From: an uncultured Chloroflexia bacterium
Lineage (GTDB): Bacteria; Chloroflexota; Limnocylindria; Limnocylindrales; CSP1-4
Assembly (NCBI GenBank): GCA_963819655.1
Contig: CAWFXA010000002.1
Span: 1,056,001-1,120,000, forward strand
Direction of reading: 5' to 3'
Length of the DNA stretch: 64,000 bases
Shown here piece by piece: positions 19,007 through 29,321 of this stretch; the stretch's first letter is position 1, and every line of letters starts with the position of its first letter. The notes under the pieces were generated by a model, which did no database searches, had not been told where the DNA came from, and saw only the letters and a list, made by a program, of their open reading frames with translations. A program made the translations under genes and the position numbers.

Positions 19007-20465
19007 CACGACGAAGGCGTCGGCACCGGGCTGGCTCGGCACGTTCGTCGAGGCGTGGGAGCCGGGGACCGGGGCGCCGGTCGAGGACCACGAGCCCGCC
19101 ACGGGCCGGCTGATCGCCACGGTCCGGGGTTCCACCGCCGACGACGTGGCCCGGGCTGCTGCCGCCGCCAAGGCGGCCCAACCGGCGTGGGCCGAGACGT
19201 CCTTCCAGGAACGCGCGCGAATCCTGCGCAAGGCCGCCGACATCTACGAGGCCAATCGCGAGGAATTCGGGACGTGGACGATGCGCGAGACCGGCGCGTC
19301 GCACAGCAAGATGCACCACGAGTCGAATTTCGCGTACGGCGAGATCCTGAGCGCCGCCACGCTGCCGTGGCAGCCCTACGGCTCGCTCGTACCGACCGCC
19401 GTGAAGGGCCGCCTGTCGATGGTCCGGCGGATCCCGATCGGGGTCGTCGGTGCGATCACGCCGTGGAACTCACCGAGTGTGCTGGGCATGCGGGTCGTCG
19501 CGCCGGCACTCGCGCTCGGCAACGCCGTCGTCCTGAAGCCGGATCCCCAGACGCCGGTCATCGGCGGGGCGATGTTCGAGGCGGTCTTTCGCGAAGCGGG
19601 CCTGCCGGAGGGCCTGCTCCAGATCGTCGTCGGTGGCGCCGACATCGGCGAGGGGCTGGTCACGGATCCCAATGTCAATCTCGTGTCGTTCACCGGTTCG
19701 ACAGCGGCGGGCCGTCGGGTCGGCGAGCTCGCGGGCGCACGACTCAAGAAGGTGTCGCTCGAGCTCGGTGGCAACAACGCATTCATCGTGCTCGACGACG
19801 CTGATCTCGACGCCGCGACGGCTGCCGGCGCGTTCTCGTCGTTCCAGTTCCAGGGCCAGGTCTGTTTCGCGGCCGGCCGGCACATCGTCCACGAGAGCAT
19901 CGCCGGCCACTACGTCGACGCGTTGCGCGACAAGGCGCAGAAGCTGCGACTGGGCGACCCGTACCGCGAGGACGTCCAGCTCGGTCCGATCGTCAACGAG
20001 AAGCAGATCAGACGCGTCGACGACATCGTGCGCCGTTCGGTGGACAGCGGCGCACGCCTCGTCACGGGCGGGACCTACGACGGCCTCTTCTACCAGCCGA
20101 CGGTCCTTGCAGAGGTGACGCAGGAGATGCCGGCCTGGACCGACGAGATCTTCGGCCCAGTCGCGCCGGTCACGACGTTCCGGACCGACGAGGAGGCGCT
20201 GGCTCTGGCCAACAACAGCGCGTACGGGCTGGTCGGCGCGGTCTATTCGAAGTCGCTCTCGCGCGGCCTGTCGGTCGCCAACCGCATCAAGGCCGGGATG
20301 GTCCACGTCAACGACGGCACGCTGAACGACGAGGCGACCATCCCGTTCGGAGGGACGGGGCTGTCGGGCAACGGCAGCCGGTACGGTGGCGAGGCGAACC
20401 TCGACAACTTCACCGAGTGGCAGTGGGTCACCGTGCGCGACGAACCGCCGACGTTCCCGTTCTGA
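18987..20465 (+). CDS. Aldehyde dehydrogenase (benzaldehyde dehydrogenase-like)
   Basis: ITPWN, FTGS, LELGGNN, QGQVC, EIFGPV, EWQWVT. Confidence 0.92.
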   Translation: MAAIAPDTTKASAPGWLGTFVEAWEPGTGAPVEDHEPATGRLIATVRGSTADDVARAAAAAKAAQPAWAETSFQERARILRKAADIYEANREEFGTWTMRETGASHSKMHHESNFAYGEILSAATLPWQPYGSLVPTAVKGRLSMVRRIPIGVVGAITPWNSPSVLGMRVVAPALALGNAVVLKPDPQTPVIGGAMFEAVFREAGLPEGLLQIVVGGADIGEGLVTDPNVNLVSFTGSTAAGRRVGELAGARLKKVSLELGGNNAFIVLDDADLDAATAAGAFSSFQFQGQVCFAAGRHIVHESIAGHYVDALRDKAQKLRLGDPYREDVQLGPIVNEKQIRRVDDIVRRSVDSGARLVTGGTYDGLFYQPTVLAEVTQEMPAWTDEIFGPVAPVTTFRTDEEALALANNSAYGLVGAVYSKSLSRGLSVANRIKAGMVHVNDGTLNDEATIPFGGTGLSGNGSRYGGEANLDNFTEWQWVTVRDEPPTFPF

Positions 20466-21520
20466 TGGCATCGATCACCGAGGTCGCACGCCTGGCGGGC
20501 GTCTCGACGGCGACCGCGTCGCGTGTCGTCTCGTCGGCCGATTACCCGGTCAGCGCCGCGACCCGCGCCCGTGTCCTCGACGCGGCGCGGACGCTCGACT
20601 ACGTCCCGAACGCGCTCGCGCGCGGGCTGCTCAAGAGCCAGATCCCGGTGGTCGCGGTGATCGTCCACGACATCACCGACCCGTATTTCGCGGAGGTCGT
20701 GCGCGGCGTCGAGGATGCCGCCTCGCCCGCGGGCTACCTGGTGATCACCTGTTCGTCGGAGCGCGACGCGGAACGCGAGACGTCCTACGTCCGGCTGCTG
20801 CGATCGATGCGTGCCGCGAGCGTCATCTTCGCCGCGAGCGGCCTCGACGACCCCGAGTCGAACCGGGAGATCGAGAAGCACCTCGCCGCGATGCGCGCTG
20901 ACGGAGCCGCCGTGGTGCACCTCTCGCCGCACGCGCTCGGCGACGCCGACGTTGGCGTCGACAACGAGGCCGGGATGGCGCGGATGATCGCCGCGCTCGT
21001 CGAGCTCGGTCATCGGGAGATCGCGTTCCTCGCGGGTCCATCGACGCTCTTCGTCGCCCGGGCCCGCCTCGTCGGCTACCGCCGCGGTCTCGCGGAGGCC
21101 ACCATCCCGTTCGACGAGCGGCTCGTGATCCATACGAGCTTCGACCGGGACGGTGGCGCTCTCGGAATCGACACGCTGCTCGGCGGTCTGGCACGGTTCA
21201 CCGCCGTCGCGTGCGCCAACGATCCGCTGGCGATGGGCGCCCTGGCGCGCCTCGCCGAGCTCGGGATCGACGTTCCGGGGCAGGTCTCCGTCACGGGCTT
21301 CGACGACGTCCCGGTCGCCGCCATCACCTCGCCCAGCCTCTCGACCGTCCGGCTGCCGTTGCGGGAGATGGGTCGTCGCGGCTTCGCCGAGGCAGTGCGT
21401 GTCCTGGGCGGCGCGGAGCTGTCATCCACCGTCCTGCCCACCGAGCTGGCCATGCGCGCCTCGACCGCGCGACCTGCCGCCGTGCCGCTGGGCGCTGCCG
21501 TCGAAGGGGTCGGCGCTTGA
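20465..21520 (+). CDS. LacI-family transcriptional regulator
   Basis: SITEVARLAGVSTATASRV, YVPNALARGL, VSVTGFDD. Confidence 0.93.
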   Translation: MASITEVARLAGVSTATASRVVSSADYPVSAATRARVLDAARTLDYVPNALARGLLKSQIPVVAVIVHDITDPYFAEVVRGVEDAASPAGYLVITCSSERDAERETSYVRLLRSMRAASVIFAASGLDDPESNREIEKHLAAMRADGAAVVHLSPHALGDADVGVDNEAGMARMIAALVELGHREIAFLAGPSTLFVARARLVGYRRGLAEATIPFDERLVIHTSFDRDGGALGIDTLLGGLARFTAVACANDPLAMGALARLAELGIDVPGQVSVTGFDDVPVAAITSPSLSTVRLPLREMGRRGFAEAVRVLGGAELSSTVLPTELAMRASTARPAAVPLGAAVEGVGA

Positions 21521-22272
21521 CCGGGTCGCTCGCGGATCGCGTCGTGCTCGTGACCGGCAGCAGCCGGGGCATCGGCGCGGAGGTCGCGGTGAAGGCCGCC
21601 GCCGAAGGCGCGATCGTCGCCGTCCACTACCACCGCTCCGCGGATGCCGCGCAGCGGACCCTCGAACGCGTCCGCGCGGCCGGGGCGGAGGGTGACTGCT
21701 TCCCCGCGGACATCGCGGACGGCGGCCAGGCCGAGCGGCTCGTCGAACAGGTCATCGACCGGTTCGGGCGTGTCGACGGCCTGGTCAACAACGCCGGGCT
21801 CACCCAGGTGGGGCCGTTTCTCGAGATCGAGGCGGCCGAATGGGAGGAGATCATCCGGACCGATCTGACGGCCGCGTTCCATACCTCTCGCGCCGTCCTG
21901 CCATCGATGCTTGAGCGCGGCGACGGGGCCATCGTCAACATCGCGTCGCGGCTCGCGCAGATGGGCATCGCCGAGACCGCCGCATACAGCGCGGCAAAGG
22001 CCGGGCTGCTGGGTTTGACCCGGTCGCTCGCCCGCGAGTTCGGGCCGCGCGGGATCCGGATCAACGCCGTCGCCCCGGGGGTCACGATCACCGAGATGAC
22101 GACCGACCTCGTCGACAGTGAGGCGGGCAAGCAGCGGCTGCGCGACATGGCGCTCGGGCGGTTCGGCCGCGCCGAGGAGGTGGCCGAGGCGGTCGTCTTC
22201 CTGTTGTCCGACCGCGCGAGCCTGTTCCTCGGCCAGACGCTCAACCCCAACGCCGGGGGCTACATGCCGTGA
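21517..22272 (+). CDS. SDR oxidoreductase (FabG-like)
   Basis: TTG start overlapping the LacI stop; TGSSRGIG, NNAG, YSAAK. Confidence 0.9.
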   Translation: MTGSLADRVVLVTGSSRGIGAEVAVKAAAEGAIVAVHYHRSADAAQRTLERVRAAGAEGDCFPADIADGGQAERLVEQVIDRFGRVDGLVNNAGLTQVGPFLEIEAAEWEEIIRTDLTAAFHTSRAVLPSMLERGDGAIVNIASRLAQMGIAETAAYSAAKAGLLGLTRSLAREFGPRGIRINAVAPGVTITEMTTDLVDSEAGKQRLRDMALGRFGRAEEVAEAVVFLLSDRASLFLGQTLNPNAGGYMP

Positions 22273-22457
22273 GCAAGACCGCTGCCGCCGGCCGAATGCA
22301 GCAGATCGCCGCGCAGGTGGATCCGGCGCAAGGCGCCAACGAGCACGGGAGCGAGCGCATCTGGATGATGCGTGAGCGAGCGCGCGCAGGCGGCAACGCG
22401 GCGACGGGTCCGCATCCGCGAGCGAGATGCAAATGGAGGTCGGCGGGTGCGGGCTAA
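22269..22457 (+). CDS. Small hypothetical protein (62 aa)
   Basis: GTGA overlap with the SDR stop; its end overlaps the next start codon. Confidence 0.4.
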   Translation: MSKTAAAGRMQQIAAQVDPAQGANEHGSERIWMMRERARAGGNAATGPHPRARCKWRSAGAG

Positions 22458-24010
22458 GGTCCTGGACGTTCGTGATGCGGTCGCGCTGGTTCGTGACGGG
22501 AGCACGCTGCTGATCGGCGGGTCCGGTGCCGGCCACGCCGTCCCGCAGCGATTCATCGACGAGCTCGCTGCGGTCTTCACCGCCGAAGGCAGGCCACGCG
22601 ACCTGACGACGGTCCGCATCGTGGGCATCGGCGACTTCGCCGACCGCGGTTTCTCGCAGCTCGGCCTGCCCGGGCTGATGCGCCGCACGATCGGCAGCAA
22701 CATCGGCAACGAGCCGCGGCTCGGTGCGCTGGTCGAGGCGAACGAGATCGAGTCGTATTCGTTCCCGCAGGGCGTGCTCTCGCAGCTCGTCCGCGAGATC
22801 GCCGCGGGTCGGCCGGGGCTCGTCACGCACGTCGGGCTGGGCACGTATGTGGACCCGCGCCAGACCGGTGGCAAGCAGAATGCCCGAACGACCGAGGATC
22901 TCGTCGAGGTGGTCACCCTGCGGGGTCGGGAGTGGCTCCTGTTCCACGCATTCCCGATCGACGTCGCGGTCATCCGCGGCACGACCGCCGACGAGGACGG
23001 CAACCTCACGATGGAGGGCGAGGCCCTCCAGGGCGAGATGCTGGCGATGGCAATGGCCGCGCGGAACAGTGGCGGCATCGTCATCGCCCAGGTCCGGCGC
23101 CTGGCGCGTCGGGGCAGCTTGTCGATGCGCGACGTGAAGGTGCCGGGAGCGCTGGTCGACCACGTGTTCGTCGACCCGGACCAGTGGCAGACCTACATCA
23201 CCCAGGACTCGCCGTACTACGCGGGCGCGCTGCGCAAGCCCGTCACCGACGAGCCGCCAGCGCCGCTCGACGTCCGCAAGATCATCGCCCGGCGCTCCCT
23301 GCTCGAATTCCGGCGCGGGGCCATCTGCAACCTCGGGTTCGGCATCAGCCAGCTCATCGGCCGGGTCGCCTGGGAGGAGGGCATCACCGACCAGCTCGTG
23401 CTGACGGTCGAGCAGGGCATCTTCGGTGGCGTGCCGGTCGCCGGGAACGAGGGCGGCACCGGGCTTCAACTACCAGGCGATGATCGACCAGCCGTACATG
23501 TTCGACTTCTACGACGGCGGCGGGCTCGATGTCGCGAGTCTGTCCTTCGCCGAGGTCGATGCCGAGGGCAACGTCAACGTCCACGCCTTCGAGGGTCGCG
23601 TGCGCGGGCCGGGCGGCTTCCCGAACATCAGCGCTCGGACCGGCAAGATCAACTTCGTGGGGACGCTCACAGCCCAGGGCCTCCGGCTCGACATCGACGA
23701 CGGCGTGCGGATCGTCGAGGAGGGGACCCTCCGGAAGTTCGTCCCGAAGGTCCGCGAGGTCTCGTTCAATGGGCAGCTCGCGCGCGAGCGCGGCCAGCAG
23801 GTCCGCTACATCACGGAGCGAGCGGTGTTCGCGCTCGAAGACGACGGCCTGGTCCTGATCGAGGTGGCGCCCGGTATCGACGTCGAGCGCGACGTGCTCG
23901 GCCAGATGGACTTTCGACCGCGCATGGCCGATGACCTCGGGACGATGGATCGCCGGCTGTACGCCGAGGGACCGATGGGTCTCGCGGCCGATTTCGCGGC
24001 CGCCCGATGA
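22447..24010 (+). CDS. Acyl-CoA:acetate/3-ketoacid CoA transferase (YdiF/Pct-like; indel near 23461)
   Basis: PQGVLSQL, THVGLGTYVDPR, NLGFGI, catalytic VEQG, FDFYDGGGLD, YITERAVF. Confidence 0.9.
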
Positions 24011-24786
24011 GCGAGCTCGTCGCTCTCGAGCTCGGGCGCGTGACGCACCTCGAGCTCGTCGATCCGCCGCTCAACCTTGTCACGCGCGACCTGCTCGAGG
24101 AGCTGTCGGTGGCGCTCGCGACGATCGCCGCCTCGGCGCCGGGTGACGTGCGCGCGGTCGTCGTCAGCGGACGCGGCGAGCGCGCGTTCTCGGCCGGATC
24201 GCATGTCGGCGAGTTCGAGATGCAGCGAGGGCCGGGTGGCCGCGAGCGGCACGCGCTGGAGTCGGGCGTGGCCGACGGGCTGGCGCGCCTGCCGATGCCG
24301 ACAATCGCCGCGATCGAGGGCAACGCGCTCGGCGGCGGGCTCGAGCTCGCGCTGTGCTGCGACATCCGGATCGCTTCGGAGGGCGCCCGGCTCGGGCTGC
24401 CGGAGGTCCGCCTGGCGGTCACCCCCGGTGCCGGGGGCACGCAGCGGCTGCCGCGGGTCATCGGCTCGGCGCGGGCCCGGGAGCTGATCCTGACCGGTCG
24501 GGTGCTGACCGCCGCCGAGGCAGAGCGGATCGGTCTCGTGACCGAGGTCGTGCCAGCGGGCGAGGCCGTGGCACGTGCAACGGCCATCGGCGAAGAGATC
24601 GCCGCCCGAGGGCCGCTCGCGGTCCGCGAGGCCAAGCGACTCATCGATCTGGCGACCGAGACCGATATCGACTCGGGCCTCGCCGCCGAGCTTGATGCCT
24701 CGGATCGGTTGTTTGCGAGCGATGACATGCTCGAGGGCGCGCGGTCGTTCTTCGAGAAACGTGATCCGGACTACCACGGCCGATGA
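24007..24786 (+). CDS. Enoyl-CoA hydratase/isomerase family
   Basis: AFSAG, ALGGGLELALCCD, GLPEV...PGAGGTQRL. Confidence 0.92.
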   Translation: MSELVALELGRVTHLELVDPPLNLVTRDLLEELSVALATIAASAPGDVRAVVVSGRGERAFSAGSHVGEFEMQRGPGGRERHALESGVADGLARLPMPTIAAIEGNALGGGLELALCCDIRIASEGARLGLPEVRLAVTPGAGGTQRLPRVIGSARARELILTGRVLTAAEAERIGLVTEVVPAGEAVARATAIGEEIAARGPLAVREAKRLIDLATETDIDSGLAAELDASDRLFASDDMLEGARSFFEKRDPDYHGR

Positions 24787-24814
24787 GGCCCTACCGCGCG
24801 GAGGAACACTGCCC

Positions 24815-25870
24815 ATGAGCGACGTCGGACGTTTCGGGGTCTTCCTGCCTTCCTACGTCTGGGAGGGTGACGGACCGGAACGCGCGCGCGGGATCAAGTC
24901 GTTCGCGCGGACCGTCGAGGACCTCGGCTTCGACTCGCTGTTCATCACCGACCACCTGCTTGTGGGCAAGCGGTTCTACTCCGTCAACTGGCTCGAGCCG
25001 CTCATGGCGCTCGGCGTGGCAGCCGGGGTGACCGAACGGGTCCGGCTCGGGACCTCGATCCTGATCATGCCACTGCGCAACCCGGTCCTCCTCGCCAAGG
25101 AGCTCGCGACGCTCCAGTTCCTGTCCGACAACCGGATGATCCTGGGCGCCGGCGTCGGCTGGAACGACGCCGAATACGAGGCGGTCGGCGTCCACAAATC
25201 GGAGCGCGGCAAGCGGACAGACGAGATGCTCGACATCATGCTGCCCCTGCTCGAGGGCGAGACCGTCACCTATCACGGCCGCTATTACTCGGTCGACGAC
25301 GTCTTCATCGAGCCGCGCACCGGGCAGCGTCCGCCCGTCTGGGTCGGCGGTGGCTCGCAGCTCGCGAACCCCAAGTCTCCGGACGTGCCGAAGTTCGTCG
25401 AGTCGGTCAAGGCGCGGACCCTCCGCGCGGACGGCTGGATCCCGCGACCCACCTGCCCGCCGCCCGACATCCGCCGCGACTGGGACGAGCTGCAGGCGTT
25501 CTTCGACGAGAACGGCCATGACGCCCGCGAGCTGTCGGTCGCCCACGAGAACTTCCTCCACCTCGTCATGACGAACGACCCGGCCAAGGCTCGCGAGGAG
25601 CAACATCGCGCTTTCCTCAAGGTGATGAGCGGCGAGCGGGGCCCGGAGTACCTCGAGACGGTCTACCTGTTCGGGACACCCGACGAGATCGTCGCGTCGC
25701 TGCAGGCCCGAGTCGACGCCGGTGTGGAGCAGTTCATCCTGCACACGATGACGCCCGACCCCGCACAGCTCCGGCTCTGGGTGGACGAGATCATCCCGAA
25801 CGTGACGTTCCCCGCGCGGGCAGGACCCGTGCGGAAGCCGAACCGCGACCGGGTCGCCGTCGCCTCGTGA
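24815..25870 (+). CDS. LLM-class flavin/F420-dependent oxidoreductase
   Basis: GFDSLFITDH, TERVRLGTSIL, LGAGVGW, PPVWVGG. Confidence 0.88.
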   Translation: MSDVGRFGVFLPSYVWEGDGPERARGIKSFARTVEDLGFDSLFITDHLLVGKRFYSVNWLEPLMALGVAAGVTERVRLGTSILIMPLRNPVLLAKELATLQFLSDNRMILGAGVGWNDAEYEAVGVHKSERGKRTDEMLDIMLPLLEGETVTYHGRYYSVDDVFIEPRTGQRPPVWVGGGSQLANPKSPDVPKFVESVKARTLRADGWIPRPTCPPPDIRRDWDELQAFFDENGHDARELSVAHENFLHLVMTNDPAKAREEQHRAFLKVMSGERGPEYLETVYLFGTPDEIVASLQARVDAGVEQFILHTMTPDPAQLRLWVDEIIPNVTFPARAGPVRKPNRDRVAVAS

Positions 25871-26724
25871 CCCGCCAGGTCGCGCTGATCGGCAAGCCGC
25901 TCAAGCGGCGGCACTCGCAGGTCATGCACGACGCGGCGTTCGACGCGGCCGGCATCGATGCCCGGTATGTGCTCCGGGAGATCGAGTCAGACGAGGTCGA
26001 GGGCGTCGTCGCCGATGCCCGCGGGCCGGGTTGGCTCGGTCTCGGGATCACGGCGCCGTACAAGCGGGTCGTGGCCGCTCTCGTCGACGAGGTCGAGGGA
26101 GCTGCCCAGCAGATCGGCGCGGTCAACAATGTCGTTCGGACCGACGACAGGCGGTTGATCGGCTTCAACAGCGACGCGCCGGGTTTCCGGGCCGGCGTCG
26201 AACTGGCGATGGGCCGGTCCCTGGCCGAGGCTGAGGTCGTGGTCGCTGGTGCCGGCGGTGCTGCCCACGCCGTCGTCCATGCTTGCCTGACTGCTGGGGC
26301 GGCGCGGGTCACCGTCGCCAGCCGGCGGGCCGATGCCGCCCGTGTGTTGCTGGAGCGGTTCGCATCGATCGGGGATGGGGACCGCTTGTTCGCGGAGCTC
26401 GGCCACAACACCGTCCGCGAGGCGCTCCGGTCGGCGGACGTCGCCGTCAACGCCACCACGGTGGGCATGATCGATCCAGGGGCGACGATCGATATCGATC
26501 TGCTGCCGGACCACGGCACCGTCTTCGATCTCGTCTACGTGCCGGCCGAGACCCCGTTGCTCGCCGCGGCGCGGGCGCGCGGCCTCCGCGCCGCGAACGG
26601 CTCCGAGATGCTCATCCAGCAGGCGGCCATCGCGTTCGAGCGCTGGACCGGGGTCGGCGGGATGGCGGATGTCATGCGGGCTGCCGTCGCGCCGCTCCTC
26701 GCCGACGCTACGGTTCGGGCCTGA
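25867..26724 (+). CDS. Shikimate dehydrogenase-family protein (divergent)
   Basis: ITAPYK, IGAVNN, GFNSD, GAGGAA, NATTVGM, DLVYVP, GSEMLIQQA. Confidence 0.85.
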   Translation: MTRQVALIGKPLKRRHSQVMHDAAFDAAGIDARYVLREIESDEVEGVVADARGPGWLGLGITAPYKRVVAALVDEVEGAAQQIGAVNNVVRTDDRRLIGFNSDAPGFRAGVELAMGRSLAEAEVVVAGAGGAAHAVVHACLTAGAARVTVASRRADAARVLLERFASIGDGDRLFAELGHNTVREALRSADVAVNATTVGMIDPGATIDIDLLPDHGTVFDLVYVPAETPLLAAARARGLRAANGSEMLIQQAAIAFERWTGVGGMADVMRAAVAPLLADATVRA

Positions 26725-26727
26725 TCT

Positions 26728-27366
26728 ATGCGGCTCGATCTACCCGATCCCGGCGCCATCTACACGATCGGGTTGAACTACGACGGGCCGGGCGCCGCAC
26801 CACGGCCTGAGCGGCCACTCGTTTACGGCAAGGCAAGCAACTCGGTCGCGGGGCACGGCGCGACGCTCACCTGGGACCGGTCGCTGACGTCGAACGTCGA
26901 CGCGGAGGTCGAGCTGGGTGTCGTGATCGGCGAACCCGCCTGGCAGGTAACAGCTGAGGACGCCATGCGCCATGTGTTCGGCTACACGATCGTCAACGAC
27001 ATCTCGTCGCGCGACGAGTGGCTCGACGGCGACCAGTGGCTGCTCGGCAAATCGATGCCCGGTTTCTGCCCGGTCGGGCCGGTGGTCGTGACCGCGGACG
27101 AGCTGGATCCCACTGACCTGCGCCTCGGGTGCACCATCAACGGCGAAGCGATCCAGGACGGGCGCATCGCGGCCATGCGGTTCTCGATCGCCGAGGTGAT
27201 CGCCTACCTCAGTCGCCACGTCAGGCTCGAGACCGGGGACCTGATCGCGACCGGCACGCCCGCGCGCCTGACCACCCCGCCGGGCCCGGATCGACACCTC
27301 CAGGCCGGGGACGTGGTCACCGCTTGGATCGAGGGCATCGGAGAGCTGACGACCACCGTCGCCTGA
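26728..27366 (+). CDS. Fumarylacetoacetate hydrolase family protein
   Basis: IGLNY, DAEVELGVVIG, GYTIVNDISSRD, GDLIATGTP. Confidence 0.9.
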   Translation: MRLDLPDPGAIYTIGLNYDGPGAAPRPERPLVYGKASNSVAGHGATLTWDRSLTSNVDAEVELGVVIGEPAWQVTAEDAMRHVFGYTIVNDISSRDEWLDGDQWLLGKSMPGFCPVGPVVVTADELDPTDLRLGCTINGEAIQDGRIAAMRFSIAEVIAYLSRHVRLETGDLIATGTPARLTTPPGPDRHLQAGDVVTAWIEGIGELTTTVA

Positions 27367-27391
27367 CTGCGACGCAACGAGGAGAGCTGGC

Positions 27392-28180
27392 ATGAAGCGA
27401 CCCACCGTGTTCCTGGGCGAGATGACCAACCCCGAGGTCGAGGCGTTCGTGGCTGAGCACTCGACGGTGATCGTGCCGATCGGCTCGACGGAGCAGCACG
27501 GTCCCCACGGCCCGCTCTCGACCGACACCATCGTGCCCACCGAGGTCGCCCGACGCGTGGCGCCGAAGGTCGGTGCGGCGGTCGCACCATCGATCGGCTA
27601 CGGGTTGTCGTACCCGCATGCCGGCTTCACTGGCGTGGTCTATCTGCGGATCCCGACATTCATGGCAATCGTCGAGGATGTCGCGGTCGGCCTGGCGACG
27701 ATGGGCTTCCGCACGATCGTGTTCCTCAACGGCCACTACGACAACACGCTGGCGATCGCGTACGCGTGCGCGACCGCCGCCGATCGGCTGCCCGACGGCA
27801 CGCGCGCCTTTCCGATCAACTACTGGGACGGCCTGACGGCCGAGGAGGCGGCCGAATTCTTCGGCCCGACCAGTGGCTTGCACGCCAACCGTGCCGAGAT
27901 GTCGGCGGTGATGGCTGTCGACGAGGGGCTCATCGATATCGAGCATGCGAATGCCGAGATGCCGCCGTTCCCCGAGGTGGGCAGCCCGGCTGCCGTGCAC
28001 ACGGCGTTCTTCTTCTCGACGCCGGGGTCCGTGTACCGCGCGACCCAGTCCGGCACGTGGGGCGACGCCCGCGAGGCGTCGGTCGAGTATGGCCGCCGCT
28101 ATCTCGATGTCGCCGAGGCGGCGACCCTGCGCATGCTCGACGATGTGAAGCGGACGTTCGAAGCGATGCCGCCGCGCTAG
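27392..28180 (+). CDS. Creatininase-family amidohydrolase
   Basis: PIGSTEQHGPH, NGHYDN, HANRAEMS, SGTWGD. Confidence 0.88.
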   Translation: MKRPTVFLGEMTNPEVEAFVAEHSTVIVPIGSTEQHGPHGPLSTDTIVPTEVARRVAPKVGAAVAPSIGYGLSYPHAGFTGVVYLRIPTFMAIVEDVAVGLATMGFRTIVFLNGHYDNTLAIAYACATAADRLPDGTRAFPINYWDGLTAEEAAEFFGPTSGLHANRAEMSAVMAVDEGLIDIEHANAEMPPFPEVGSPAAVHTAFFFSTPGSVYRATQSGTWGDAREASVEYGRRYLDVAEAATLRMLDDVKRTFEAMPPR

Positions 28181-28183
28181 CGC

Positions 28184-29305
28184 TCAGTCCGCGGCGAGCC
28201 ACTGCCCGCCACGCATCACGCGGCGGACGGTCAGGTCCTCGTCCAGTTCGACGAGGTCGGCGCGCTGACCCTCGGCCAAACGACCACGGTCCGCCACTCC
28301 AAGCAGGTCGAGCGGGTTGCGGCTTGCGGCCGCGACGGCATCGGTCAGCGGGATGCCCACGGCCGTCGCGTTCCGGACGGCGCTGTCTAACGCGATCACG
28401 GATCCGGCCAGCGTGTCGGTCCCGGCGAGGGTGGCCCGGCCGTCCCTGACCTCGATGTCGAGATCGCCGATCCGCCCGCGACCCTGCGGAGTACCGGCGA
28501 CTGCAAGGGCATCGCTGACGAGCAGCAGCCGCTCCCGCGGCTTCAGCCGCGTGATGAGCGGCCAGATGGCGGGATGGACGTGGATCCCGTCCGCGATGAG
28601 CTCGACGTACGCGTCGTCGTCGAGCAAGGCCGCGACCGCGACCCCTGGAGCGCGATGGTCGACGCCGGTCATTGCGTTGAAGAGGTGGGTCGTAGAGCGG
28701 GCGCCGGCGGCGTAGGCGTTCCAGACCTCGTTAGCGCCGGCCGCCGAATGACCGATCGACACCGCCACGCCCTGGCTGTGGAGCCAGCCGATCAGGTCAG
28801 TCGCGCCCGGGAGCTCGGGCGCGACCGTCAGCAGCCGCAGTCCCTCGAGCAGTTGCTCGATCGTGTCGCGAGGAGCGCCGGCCGGATCCCGCAGGAACCG
28901 CTCCGCGTGCGCGCCACGACGGGCCGGCGCAAGGAACGGGCCCTCCAGGTTGAACCCGAGCGGCTCGGCGCCGTCGTCGGGTGCCGCGGGCATCCACGAG
29001 CGCACCCGGTCGGCAAAGGCCGCGAGGTCGTCCAGCGGCGCCGTGACAGCGGTCGGCAGGAACGACGTCACGCCCCGTCGGAGCAACGCCCGGGCCATGC
29101 CATCCAACGCAGCCATGTCGCCCATCGCGTCGTGGCCGCCCCAGCCATGCACATGGAGATCGACGAACCCGGGCGCCAGGTAGGGGCCGCCCTCAGTGGT
29201 TCCCTCCTGGAGGTCGACGGCCGCGATCAGGCCGTCCGCGATCGTGAGCCGCCCGTTCACGACTCGATCGTCGAGGACCAGACGACCGCCGACCGTCTCC
29301 GTCAT
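28184..29305 (-). CDS. nagA: N-acetylglucosamine-6-phosphate deacetylase
   Basis: PGFVDLHVHG, LEGPF, GHS, THLFNAM, IADGIHVHP, LAGS. Confidence 0.92.
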   Translation of the reverse strand: MTETVGGRLVLDDRVVNGRLTIADGLIAAVDLQEGTTEGGPYLAPGFVDLHVHGWGGHDAMGDMAALDGMARALLRRGVTSFLPTAVTAPLDDLAAFADRVRSWMPAAPDDGAEPLGFNLEGPFLAPARRGAHAERFLRDPAGAPRDTIEQLLEGLRLLTVAPELPGATDLIGWLHSQGVAVSIGHSAAGANEVWNAYAAGARSTTHLFNAMTGVDHRAPGVAVAALLDDDAYVELIADGIHVHPAIWPLITRLKPRERLLLVSDALAVAGTPQGRGRIGDLDIEVRDGRATLAGTDTLAGSVIALDSAVRNATAVGIPLTDAVAAASRNPLDLLGVADRGRLAEGQRADLVELDEDLTVRRVMRGGQWLAAD

Positions 29306-29321
29306 CGATCGATCCGGGCGG

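Noticed and set aside
16875-28180. Mycofactocin-like RiPP cluster (creatininase, GMC, LLM, SDR, small ORF)
   Set aside because: No radical SAM enzyme, no MftB, and the small ORF lacks the IDGMCGVY-type C-terminus
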